NCBI GenBank assembly: GCA_010405405.1
Contig: MU004243.1
Coordinates: forward strand, 801,340 to 865,339
Length of the DNA stretch: 64,000 nt
From: Microthyrium microscopicum
Lineage: Eukaryota
Direction of reading: 5' to 3'
A program made the translations under genes and the position numbers. The notes beneath the pieces are model-generated. The model made no database searches. It was not told the DNA's origin and saw nothing but the letters and a program-made list of their open reading frames with translations. Shown piece after piece: positions 1 through 10,687 of this stretch. Each line of letters begins with the position of its first letter. Position 1 is the stretch's first letter.

Positions 1-1231
1 TACTCGAGAGCCTGATGAGACTGATGAGCCAGCCACTAAAAAGACGAAGGCGATCCAACCAGTCATATTGACTCCAGAGGAGACTGCAGCCCTTTGCGCT
101 CAACTTCCTCTGGAGCAGCCAGTCACCATGCGCCATGAAGACCAAGAGGCTGTCATCCAAGCCTTCAAACTCAAAGCTTCAAGACCCCATGATGACATCA
201 GAAAACCTCGTCTTGATAGCCTTGACATCGACTATTCTCATGTCGAGGCAACCGAATTTACACATTACTACCAGCATGCACGGGTTGCCGACAAGCTACA
301 AGAAACGGGAGCTGGCCCTCGCTACCATCCGAACCAACTGCGTCTCCCAAGAAACTTCAATCGGGTCAAGGCTGAGTCTTCAGCTCAATACAGACCTCCG
401 TACAACAAACCTGCTCCGAAAGGAGACTACCATTCAAAGCTTGTTAAGTGCCCCCGCAACTTAGTCGAATGGGCAATCAAGCGAAATCTTCGGGACGCTG
501 AAAATGCGGGCATGGATGTCTATGGTCAGAACTTGACAACATGCCTACAGCAAATTGGTGAAGACTACCTTGAGTCAGCCAAGCTGGACCGACCTGTCTT
601 TGGCTGTAATCCCAAGGAGGTCTGGCGCTGGTTGAAGTTCAACAAAATCAATAGTGACAACGACTCGGAAGACGACGATGATGAGGCAGTCCTTGGATGG
701 GACGAAATGTCAAACTCAAAGAAGTGGGCTGCGATTGGGCAAGACTACTTCGCTCAAGCCTCGGGATATGTCGACTTCCGGGCGAGTTATGACCCAGTGG
801 AAATTGAGCAGCTTGAGATGCTGGCTGAGAAGGATGAGGATTTCGTGATCTGCGATTCAAGCGATTCTGATGATTCCACAGATGCTGAGAGCGATGAGGA
901 CAGCGTCGAAGAAGTTGCACCCCCCAAGCCTAAGAAGGTTTCGGTCCGAGAGTCGCTCTGGAAGTATCGCCCAGCCGAGCGAAGAGAACTGGTTAAAGTC
1001 AATAGGGCAAAACAACTGTCCAATAGCCTTGCTCGTTCTCGTGCAATAGATGCATTTTTAACTGCTCAGCGTCGGGTCGCGAGAGGCGGGCAGCAGTCGG
1101 ATTCAGAATCAGAATATTCTGATGACCATTTCATTGATTGCTCTGAAGATTCTTGCAATGAGGACTCTCATACTTCCGATAGCAACCCTCATCTTGTCGA
1201 CAACGACTCCGAGCACGAATCGGACCTCTGA
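1..1231 (+). CDS. Unknown-function protein, paralog 1 of a tandem triplet (5'-truncated by the window)
   Basis: The frame is open from position 2 (TREPDETDEPATKKTK...) into ORF 68..1231. It shares YHPNxLR, LxxWxIxxNLxxA, CxxxIxEDY/F and DYxAQASGYxxFR motifs with the two downstream ORFs and has an acidic C-terminal tail. Confidence 0.8.
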   Translation, partial: TREPDETDEPATKKTKAIQPVILTPEETAALCAQLPLEQPVTMRHEDQEAVIQAFKLKASRPHDDIRKPRLDSLDIDYSHVEATEFTHYYQHARVADKLQETGAGPRYHPNQLRLPRNFNRVKAESSAQYRPPYNKPAPKGDYHSKLVKCPRNLVEWAIKRNLRDAENAGMDVYGQNLTTCLQQIGEDYLESAKLDRPVFGCNPKEVWRWLKFNKINSDNDSEDDDDEAVLGWDEMSNSKKWAAIGQDYFAQASGYVDFRASYDPVEIEQLEMLAEKDEDFVICDSSDSDDSTDAESDEDSVEEVAPPKPKKVSVRESLWKYRPAERRELVKVNRAKQLSNSLARSRAIDAFLTAQRRVARGGQQSDSESEYSDDHFIDCSEDSCNEDSHTSDSNPHLVDNDSEHESDL

Positions 1232-2555
1232 ACAATGACATGCATCACTCAGGAGTCAGATGCATTAATTTTCTACGAGGCTGTTTAGTTGAACCTTTTC
1301 AAGGAGACTGCTCCATACGTTGGCATGCCAGGTCATACTCTTACGTTACCCGAGGAGATGCCCCCCATTTTCAAATCTCTCTGGCTTCATAACATATTTT
1401 GCGATGCTGCAAGCTCGAAGTGTTGGAAACGGATAACGTTGGTCGTCGAGTCTTGTAAGGGGTGCAGGGACCTCTTAGCGCTCCATGCGCCACCTGTTTG
1501 GAGCAGGGGCTGATTTACTCTAACTTCCTCTTTTCTTTGTGCAGGCTTTCTTGCTCTTTCCCCCTGTTTTGTCCGCTTTTTAATGTTAGGATAATGAATA
1601 CACGCTATTGTCCCATACAACATCCTTTGTTTCCTGATATCAAGGTGTAAATTTGATCAAGATGTACCGCCCCCAGTTGGGCTTCCTGATGCCTGGGCGA
1701 AAAATATCTACAGCAGCGCTCAATACATACAGGCTTGAAGCATGTCTCCAATGGATGTCTCCAATGGATGTGAGCCCTGGGTCTTTGACCTTTCGAAGTT
1801 GGGATCATCATTATGATCATAGGACCATTGGTGTCTTGCTTGCCATTGAGCTCTTTCGAATAAACAGTCCCTATCTTAAAACCCATTTTCCATAACGTTT
1901 CTGTCTTTTTGATTACTTTCCACAAACGGCTTATTTCAGCACATTCCAGAGCGACTGATATTTGTGTAGATTCTCATCTACATTATTGAAGTATGGTTAG
2001 TTAAGCAAAAGAAGTAGCAAAACCCCTTTTGTCGATCGCCTCCACGAACTCTTCATAACCAAATTTTGGAGCCTTACAGCATGAGTGTGCCACCAAATGC
2101 CACCTGGATTGCGTACTCAAAAAGCCAACAGAAACAGGAAATTCAGTACCTTATCGACATTTAGGAGAATATCTGGTACGGGGTCTTGCCGGTAAAAGAA
2201 GCTGACAAATGGAATGGACGGCTCCCATTCTGTACCCGAGTCACGATGTAACGTCAGCCAGGAGTCAGATGGTCCAATTGTGATATTCGAAGAAAAGCGG
2301 TAAGGATAGTCAGGAGAAATATGCGCTCTGAGAGAAAAAGTGGTGATGGCTAAGATTCCATGAATGTGAATGCGCGCATGGCGGACAGGCGATATTTCCT
2401 TTACGACACTGCGCGATTGAGCACTGATTCCCTTCTACGACTATCTTGAATCGATCGCTCGTGGCAACGAGGACACACAAAACGCCATCAATTCATTGCT
2501 GCAGCTCTCAAATGACTCCAAAATTACTAGCAGGCCTCAACGTACGTTGACATGG

Positions 2556-2720
2556 CGTGCAAAAACGCGTCTATCGCCAACCGTGAGTTGAAGCTCCAGC
2601 GGTCACTACTACCTCTCCGCATAGCAACGACACTTTTCACGCGGAACTCACGTGCGAAAAAGCGTCTATCATCAACAACGTGTTGCGGCTCAAGCGATTA
2701 ACTTCCACTTTTCGACATAG
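2556..2720 (+). promoter_or_regulatory. Duplicated ~65-bp upstream element (two copies here, a third at ~5047-5100)
   Basis: cgtgcaaaaacgcgtctatcgccaaccgtgagttgaagctccagcggtcact vs cgtgcgaaaaagcgtctatcatcaacaacgtgttgcggctcaagcg vs agaaagtcgcgtcgaccgtcaacaacgcgttgaagccacgcgggtcact. Each lies upstream of paralog 2 or 3. Confidence 0.5.
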
Positions 2721-2905
2721 GCACCTGATTTGACCTTAGTCGGATACACATAACTTTGAGAGATCAGGTCTCTTGCTTTCTCCCTCTACCCATACCACAT
2801 TTCCAAAATCCAATCCGGCTTCAATCGACGAAAGAGCCTTCTCACTTTTTCGTCAACGCCATCACAGCCCAACTGCATTTCGCATCACACTATTCCCACA
2901 CCCTC

Positions 2906-4536
2906 ATGGTTTCTGAAGAGGTTCGTCCCTGTTCATATGTCTTTCGCCATGGATCACTGATTATGAGCAGAGCCAACGTCAAGCCAAAGCCAGCGGCTTC
3001 TTCTTGGCAGCTGACCAAAAGACTCCGATCAGCAAGTCCATATCGAAATCAGAAGATGTTGGCGCAATGGCCATTACCGCTACCTCTCGAAAGCGCTCGC
3101 GGCCAGTGGACACGTCGAACGAAGAGCCAAATTCGAAGCGAGCAAAGTCCGCACCCGCTGTCATCGATCGCTCGCGTTCGGTGGAAGCAACATTCGATGC
3201 GCCAGTTTCGAAAGGTACAAAGCGCACCAAAGCTCCACCGACCACTTTGAATTTGACAGCACCCGGAAATCTGACATTAGCGCAATCTAAAGACCTTCCG
3301 GCTAGCCAGTCCACACTCGCCGTCGTCTATGATGATGTTACTCCTTCTCAAGATATCAAGAAGGGTAAGCTTGACGACAAGATCCTCCAAAATAACTCAG
3401 GCGAATTTGTGGCGCCAATTCCGAAGAGTTCTGTCGCATCGCAGCGCCGTCGTGTTAGAGTTAGACAGGCATATTATAAGCACCCTAGATTGTCCCAGCA
3501 AACTGACACAACCAACAACGCGATCTATAATGCGCACGATGACACGCCTAACGGCACTCCTCATGACACAAGCAATAATGCGACCAAAGGCTCGACCAGT
3601 TTGAGCCAGACACCATCCACCGATCGACCACAAAAAAGACCACCTCAATCATGGGTGTCTAGCAGTGGTATTCCTGCGATTGTTAGATCCGCCGAAACTT
3701 CGCTAGAAGACCACTCGTTGGAGTCTATCGAGCCGAGTAGGGCTGAAAGCTATCATCCAAACAAACTGCGATCTTCACGCCATGTCGCTGAAGCAAAGCC
3801 GAGTCTGATACGTAAAATGCGATCTCGTTACGATGCACGAGCACCAAAGAACCAGTCGGGAATGGTCAAATACCCAGATAGTCTCATCCAATGGTCTATC
3901 ACTGACAATCTACAAATGGCCAAAGACATGGGCCAAGCTGATAAATGCATGAAGGCTGAGGACTGTTTTATCAGCATTATCGAAGATTTCTGCGCAACAT
4001 ATCGTGTGGATTATGAGCTCACTGGCAAAAGCTTTCCAGAACTGTGGGCGGAGGTCAAAGGATTTGCGGGTAGGGTCTATATACACGATGAACGAGACTT
4101 CTTCCGCATTGCTGCTATACCTAAATTTGACCCAAGCGGAGAACGAAAGGCGACCTTGTCACCTGTATTAGCCGACTATCTTGCCCAGGCGTCGGGCTAC
4201 ACCAAATTCCGAAATGACTGTCCTGATATAGAGGAAGTGCTCCAGATGGAACGCGAGGTAGCCGTGGGTGATACTGAGATCGATTGGCTGGCAGATGAGG
4301 ACTCGGAGCGTACTTCAATAACCTCCGGAGCGACCCAAGATATCGAGTCGTCCAAGTCAGAATGGTCGTCAGATTCGGATTCGGATTCAGATGATGAAAT
4401 ACTCGCCGGGAATCAACCATACTATGGCGCATACAATGAAGGTCTCTGGGGGAAGATGAACATTCTCCGCAAAGATCCTTCGAAGGATTCCAACGGGATA
4501 CTACTGAAGAAGGCCGATTGCGTTCGGTTCGCTTGA
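2906..4536 (+). CDS. Unknown-function protein, paralog 2; join(2906..2920,2971..4536)
   Basis: ATG GTT TCT GAA GAG|GTTCGT donor, CTGAT branch and CAG acceptor at 2970 join in frame to ORF 3004..4536. Same conserved motifs as paralogs 1 and 3; basic NLS-like RKRSRP near the N-terminus and an acidic tail. Confidence 0.8.
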
Positions 4537-5509
4537 TACAGCTGGTTCTGAAAATATGAATCCGCTCCCTATTGACGGTCTGAGAGATTATCCATTTCCC
4601 GTTTGGCCATGCCCATCTCCCCATGCCCATCTCCTCGTGCCAATTCCCTTGTTTCATTGCTTCTTTCCAATATGAGCTATAGAAACATAGATCTTATGGT
4701 GGATTGATGCCAATGCCGACTGATTGTCTCGAAATTGCCCCCTTTACACTGCTCTGATATCAATACCGCTGGTTGAGATAGTCGTTATATCGTTATATAG
4801 AGCCCTTATCCAAGGTTTATTTTGCTGTCTTTAAAGCATTTGAGCGAGTGAAGCGAACTCAAGTAATGTAAAGTAACAACGCCTGTAATACATCCGCATC
4901 TGTTTTCAAGCATCACCATTTGGTATACGCTGTCTATCAGAGCGATTTCTAAGTATCAATCTCCCCTACGCCGGTCACGAGTCGTCACTATTCGCATCAA
5001 GTTTGCGATCAGAATTGCGGCAAGAGTTGACAGTCACCTTAGATTTGCGTAGAAAGTCGCGTCGACCGTCAACAACGCGTTGAAGCCACGCGGGTCACTG
5101 AAGTCACTGCCACCACCTATAACCATCACACAGAGCAACGCTGGATGACCCTAACCTTGCGTGGTCTTGCACCCAAGGCATGACCAGAGCACTCTTCTGC
5201 CACCATCTTTTACCCTCTTCAAACCTCTCACACCAACCTTTTTCCCACCATAAACGCAACGTTTACCATCAACGCTATAGCAACACCATCATCCTCCTTA
5301 CAACACTATCATTCTCATAATAACATCATCCTCTTCTCTATATCATAAACAGATTCACATTAACGGCTTGTCTAAAGGTTAGTCTTTTCCAGCCATGCTT
5401 CTAAACGATCACTGACCATTAGTAGACGCCCGCGCCAAAAGCGACCACTCCTATCCAGACTCAAGTCATTAAGAAGAACCCATCAACAACACCTGCCTCC
5501 AAGACCAAC

Positions 5510-7144
5510 ATGGGTAAGCTCATTCGCCGCGCCAATGGCCCTCTCAACTTTTCTGGTAGAGCGGCCAAACCACAACCAACACGCCGCCGCGTTGCTTCGG
5601 CTACCACCTCAACTGGCGCTGCGGTATCAATTGTCACCCCAGAGAGCTCACGAGCCTCCCCGGATGTCAAGCTTGAGAGCGAGGAGAGCGGTGGTGATGA
5701 ACTCGATGCCGCTCGGTCCTCTGCGCCGCAAGAGAAAATCATCATCTCATTCAAGCGCAAGCGCGTCGATGAGAGAATCAATACCTCTCAAGAAGTCAAT
5801 GCCATTGAGCTAGCTCCAAAGCAAAAAAGTCTCACAACTTCATCCAAGCGCAAGCGCGTGGCTGAGCAGGGCGATCCCGAAGACGTCGTCGCATCTGGGC
5901 CAGTCCCTAAGCGCATCAAGATTGTCGACGGCGATAAATTGCTTCTCGGCATTGTGCTTGCACCCGAACATGCCTTGCCCACCCCACAAGAGTCGGCTAC
6001 CGACTCAAACAACTCGCATAAGCGCCAGCGAAATGAAAGCGAAGAGGTCGATGATGAGCGACCGGCCAAGAAAGTTCGCGTGGAAAGCACACTCACCTCA
6101 TCCACCTCAGCAGAGTCTTCGCCCATGTCGGTGCCTCTGGTGTATTTTAGACACCCACGGTTGCCACCAGCAGATGAAATCGAGGACGCTTCGGCAGATG
6201 AGAGCGAGGAAGATCCTTCAGATGAGGCCAAGGAAGGTTCACCAGAGGAAGTTGAAGAAGGTCCATCAGGTCAGGCCAAGGAGGGTTCTTCAGATGGAGT
6301 TGCACCAGAAGAGCCAAAGTTGAGTGAAGAGCAGGGTAGTCAATTCTCCTACCATCCCAACTTCCTGCGTCACCCTGAGAATGTTGCTCTTGCGAAACCA
6401 CCCAAGACCTGTAACTTTAGAGGTTCTGGCGATCGCAAACCTACGGTCTATGACCCAGCAGCATTGATAACCTGGACCAAGCCATTTAGAGGATTAATGG
6501 AGTGGGCGATAACCGATAATCTTCGAATCGCAAAAGAGAACCGCGAGGCTCCTGAGGATCTGACTCCGCCAGAATGTTTCGCCATGATCCTCGAGGACTT
6601 CTGCCAGTCTTGGCACATTACAAAGAAGCTAGGTAAAAAGGGAAAAACTTTCGAAGCCCTCTGGGAGGATGTCGAAAGCTTTGGGGGTCGAGACCCATCC
6701 AAAAAGAAACAGAAGGACAAGAAAGGAAAGAAGATCCTAACTTGGCCTCCACTACTTGCGGACTACATAGCCCAGGCTTCGGGCTACATGCAATTCCGCG
6801 AGAACTGTGAGGACGTCTGGGGAGTTGCGCGAGTGGAAGAGCAGACCTCGAAAAACACAACTGAGGTCGATTATTCCAAGGAGATCATTGTTCCGGATGC
6901 TCCAATTCCTCCGAATCACACTCTCCTCCATGGTGGTGTCATTGTTCCCAACGGCACTATCCTGCGCAATGATGACGAGGAGTCTTCAGACTCTGATGCG
7001 GGTTCTGGTTTCGAAGACGACTGGGATGACGATTGGCTAAAGCCGACTGTTCGAGCTGGAACCGTTCCTATCGACATGGATGACAACGATGACAAGTCGT
7101 CCCGCTCTAATTCTAATTCCGAGGACGATTCTGATGGCAACTAG
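5510..7144 (+). CDS. Unknown-function protein, paralog 3 (544 aa)
   Basis: Long ATG-initiated ORF with the same conserved motifs, several KRKR/PAKKVR basic clusters and an acidic tail. Probable 5'-UTR intron at ~5378-5425 (GTTAGT...CTGAC...TAG). Confidence 0.85.
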   Translation: MGKLIRRANGPLNFSGRAAKPQPTRRRVASATTSTGAAVSIVTPESSRASPDVKLESEESGGDELDAARSSAPQEKIIISFKRKRVDERINTSQEVNAIELAPKQKSLTTSSKRKRVAEQGDPEDVVASGPVPKRIKIVDGDKLLLGIVLAPEHALPTPQESATDSNNSHKRQRNESEEVDDERPAKKVRVESTLTSSTSAESSPMSVPLVYFRHPRLPPADEIEDASADESEEDPSDEAKEGSPEEVEEGPSGQAKEGSSDGVAPEEPKLSEEQGSQFSYHPNFLRHPENVALAKPPKTCNFRGSGDRKPTVYDPAALITWTKPFRGLMEWAITDNLRIAKENREAPEDLTPPECFAMILEDFCQSWHITKKLGKKGKTFEALWEDVESFGGRDPSKKKQKDKKGKKILTWPPLLADYIAQASGYMQFRENCEDVWGVARVEEQTSKNTTEVDYSKEIIVPDAPIPPNHTLLHGGVIVPNGTILRNDDEESSDSDAGSGFEDDWDDDWLKPTVRAGTVPIDMDDNDDKSSRSNSNSEDDSDGN

Positions 7145-7848
7145 GCGGAAATGATTTGTCGCTGCTTATCAACAAAGGGCCAATTTGGCTGTTTTTTCCT
7201 CGATACCCCAATTCTCCTTCAAATCATTTGTCCCTCAAACTTACCTTTTCCCGTAAGAGTCGTCTCCTCCCATCGCATTCTTCTCTTCTCCTCAAAGCTC
7301 CGGTCCTCAAAGCCTTTCTCGACTCTTCACTCGGCAACAAAGTTCTCCATCTATAATCCCCCTTCATTTTTTCGATTAGGACATTTCAATGCACCACCCC
7401 TTCGGTCATGATTGCAATCCATTTTTCCCCCACCACATCATCCAGACGACAGAGGAACATCGACCAGAGGACTCAAGCTACGAGCCAGAGACACTCTTGG
7501 TATGCTGAAACTTCGGTCTGGAATATATGCTGGAGCTGCATCGCACAAGCTTCTGAATTTTTGCGAAAAGACGACGTCTAAATCATGAATTACATAGCGG
7601 GATTGGTGTTACTTGCATGGCGTGCGGGTCTGTGATTTATATTGTGGTTTCCGCCAAGGACCTGATTTATTATTAGTGGCATTCTTTGTTTTGATGATAC
7701 CCCTGGCCCCTGAAATAGAGTAGAATTTAGCAATACCATACCTTCAATGACAATTCTCATGTTGAAGTTCCCATAGTAAACTGCAATTCCATGCTCTTGA
7801 CCATGAGAAAACTCGATTTTATTGATGAATCGGTGGACACGGCGAATA

Positions 7849-8027
7849 CCCATCAGCTCTTCTGTCTCCCATCGCATTCGATGGCAGCCATCAGATGCGA
7901 TGGGAATCTCATTCCCAGCTCTTTGAACCCCTCTGAAGACCTGAAAAGCGCATCAGCAGCCAAAACCATAGACTCCCATCAACTCATCTGGCTCCCATCG
8001 CACTTGATAACCCCCATCAGATGCGAT
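7849..8027. repeat. Two ~55-bp imperfect direct repeats with internal hairpins (CCATC-rich)
   Basis: cccatcagctcttctgtctcccatcgcattcgatggcagccatcagatgcgatggg and cccatcaactcatctggctcccatcgcacttgataacccccatcagatgcgat. Stem cccatcgcat (7868-7877) pairs with atgcgatggg (7895-7904). Confidence 0.65.
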
Positions 8028-8443
8028 ATGTTCTTATTAATAATGATGATATTGAATGATATTATTCGAACCATGAAAATAACTAGATTGGGATATCAGT
8101 AGACAGAAGCGCTTGCAAATGACAGAAACAATTTTTACCACGAGGCAAGATAGAAACAGCTAAAATTACAAGCCCGTTCCTTCTGATAATAGCAGAGCGT
8201 GGCCTAAACCACGCTCGCTCCACTAACACGGCGCATCGCGACCGCCACGGCGACGCTCGCCACCGCCTCCTCCTCTTCATCATCCTCATCCTCCTCCACC
8301 ACCTCCTCTGGAACGGGGACCCCACCAACAGGGGCATCACCCGCCAGTTCCTCTTCCTCACGAGGAACTGCGACCACCGTAATGACGGTGTCGTCCACCT
8401 CCTCTTCCTCCTCCTCCAGCTGCAGGCGCTCGATGGAGGAAAT

Positions 8444-10687
8444 CTATCCCTCCACCATCTTACCCTTGTTGCCCTTGATGAGCTCCACGCAACGCACGGC
8501 AAGGGCGACCGCTTCGGACTCACTGTCCTCTTCTTGCGGGCCGTGGTTGGTGTCCTCGTCAGACTGGATGTCGCGTTCGGCCAAGTCGGTAATCATCTGT
8601 ACTATTTCTGTAGACTGGCGGATGCAAGCTAGGAGAGGCTCATCGTCTGATTCGAGCAATTGCAGAAGAGTCCAGGACGCGATATGCTGGAAAGTGATAT
8701 CGCCACTCTCCAAGAATCGGTGGAGATAGCCGTGGAATCCGCCGTGAGGGTCAGCCCATTTGCGGACAAATGGGGAGTAGTCTGGTACTATATCGTATAA
8801 TCATTAGCAAGTATTTCTATGGACAGATATGTTGACAAACCTTTGGATGCGAGATTGCCTAGAGCAGCGGCCGAGTTTCCTTGGACCTCGACGTTGTCGG
8901 ACTCGGTCAATGGGATGAGAACATCAAAGACACCCAAATCTATCAAGTTTTGCTTCAGGTCTTCGCTCAAAGCAAGTACGGCAATAGCAGCTGTCATTTC
9001 AGCTTGTACACCGATAGAGGCCTTCAAGATCATTTCGACGCATTTGTTAACAGCGCCAGCTTGAAGTACCAACTTCTTGTTCTTATCAGAGCTGGCAGCA
9101 AGATTGCGCAATGTTGAAATTGCATGGCATTGGATCTCCTCGCTTTCTGCAAAGCCAAGAAGATCGGTGAGTGGAGCAAGGAAGCCGGCTTCAATGATTG
9201 GAGACTCATTGGAGGGATGGATACTGATATTTCGAATGCAGGCCACTGCTGAAAGGATAAGGGGGGCATAACCGGACTTGAGTAATTTGAGTAGAGGGGG
9301 TAGACCACGAGCGCGAACAATTTCGAGCTGATATTTCTCGTCTGATGCGAGATTTCGAAGTGCAAGGGCTCCTTGGCATTGCACTTTGGGAGATGGTGAG
9401 TCCATGAGATGCACTAGAGATTGGACTAGTCGTGGCTCGCTGCTAACAAGCTTTTTGCGATTATTGGCGTCCACAGCGATATTGCTAAGGGCTGTAGTGC
9501 AATAATACTGGACATCGGGGTCGCTTGATCCCAGGAGTTTGACTAGGACGGGAATCGCTCCGGCATTAACGAGAGCTTGTCGATTTTCGTCTATAAAATT
9601 AGCTTGAGCAATGACAACAAGAAATAGGGGTAGGAACCTGAGTGGGTCATGTTGAGAAGAGCGCCAGTAGCATTGCGTTGCACGCGCATATCTTTTGAAC
9701 ACGCAAGTTTGGTCAATGGAATGAGGGCTCCTGATTTCGCAATCTTTGCTTTGTTGTCTTCATGAGTGGCGAGGTTGGTGATGCAGCCGACAGCATTACA
9801 TTGAACTTCCACGTTAGGGGAGTTCATTTGTTTGATCAAGGCTGTAAGACCACCCATTTCGACAATGGTGATTTTGTTTTCGGCTATGAATTGTCAGCGC
9901 AATTCATGAAATATATAGAGTATAACGTACTATTGACGGCGAGGTTACCGAGGGCTGCACTAGCCGCTCGCTGGACTTCGACATCGTTGCTACGAAGAAG
10001 GAATAGAATTGGGTCGAGGGTATGTTTGTCGACTTCGTGCACATCTAGAATTGTAAGCTTTATGGTCAAGAGTGATCTGCCATTGATGTACTCACCTCGT
10101 TCGGTAATTTCGGCGAAAGTTAAGCTAGCACTACGTTGCAAATCGATATTGTCGGAATAGACGAGAGTGCTCAGGGCCTCTAAAGCAGGGCCACTGAAGA
10201 AGTCGGTTTCGGCGCGCTGTTGAAGAGATTAGCAACAGCATGAAGCTCTTCCAGGAGTGTAACATACATTCTCGAGATAACCTATGAAAAAATGATTAGC
10301 TAGCTTGATTGATGGATGCAGGGTCAAGCTTACCAAGGAGCTCGGCGACGGCATCTCTCTCAGAGTCTTGAAGCACTTGTACCAGTTAGAGGGACATATC
10401 TCAAAGTTATGAAGTATACGTACGTGGTTCGTAGAGATTGTCCTTGGTGTTGACTATGGTAAAAGAGTAAGCAAGGGTTCAAAGACGGATAGCAGCCTGG
10501 TGGGGTTCAAAGCACATGGGAAGCGCGAGGAAGTATGCACTGTGATGGCATCATGACAGAGCTTCCATGCAGAAAGTGCTGTGGATGAAGCAATACCTAG
10601 GTACGTGTATGGATCCATTCTGGCTGAAGAGTGGAACTTACTACGAATTCCGAGACAGGTGAGCAGCGCGTCCCAGCATCCAGGCAT
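8444..10687 (-). CDS. VAC8: Vacuolar protein 8 (armadillo-repeat protein), multi-exon
   Basis: Exons encode [92 protein letters not shown] and [16 protein letters not shown], the diagnostic Vac8 ARM repeats. The first exon and its splice phase are uncertain. Confidence 0.95.

Noticed and set aside
1742..1770. 13-bp tandem duplication (atgtctccaatgg x2)
   Set aside because: Trivial local slippage duplication.
8083..8443. Acidic/Arg-rich ORFs downstream of VAC8
   Set aside because: Low-complexity GAG/GAT-rich sequence past the VAC8 stop. No independent gene evidence.
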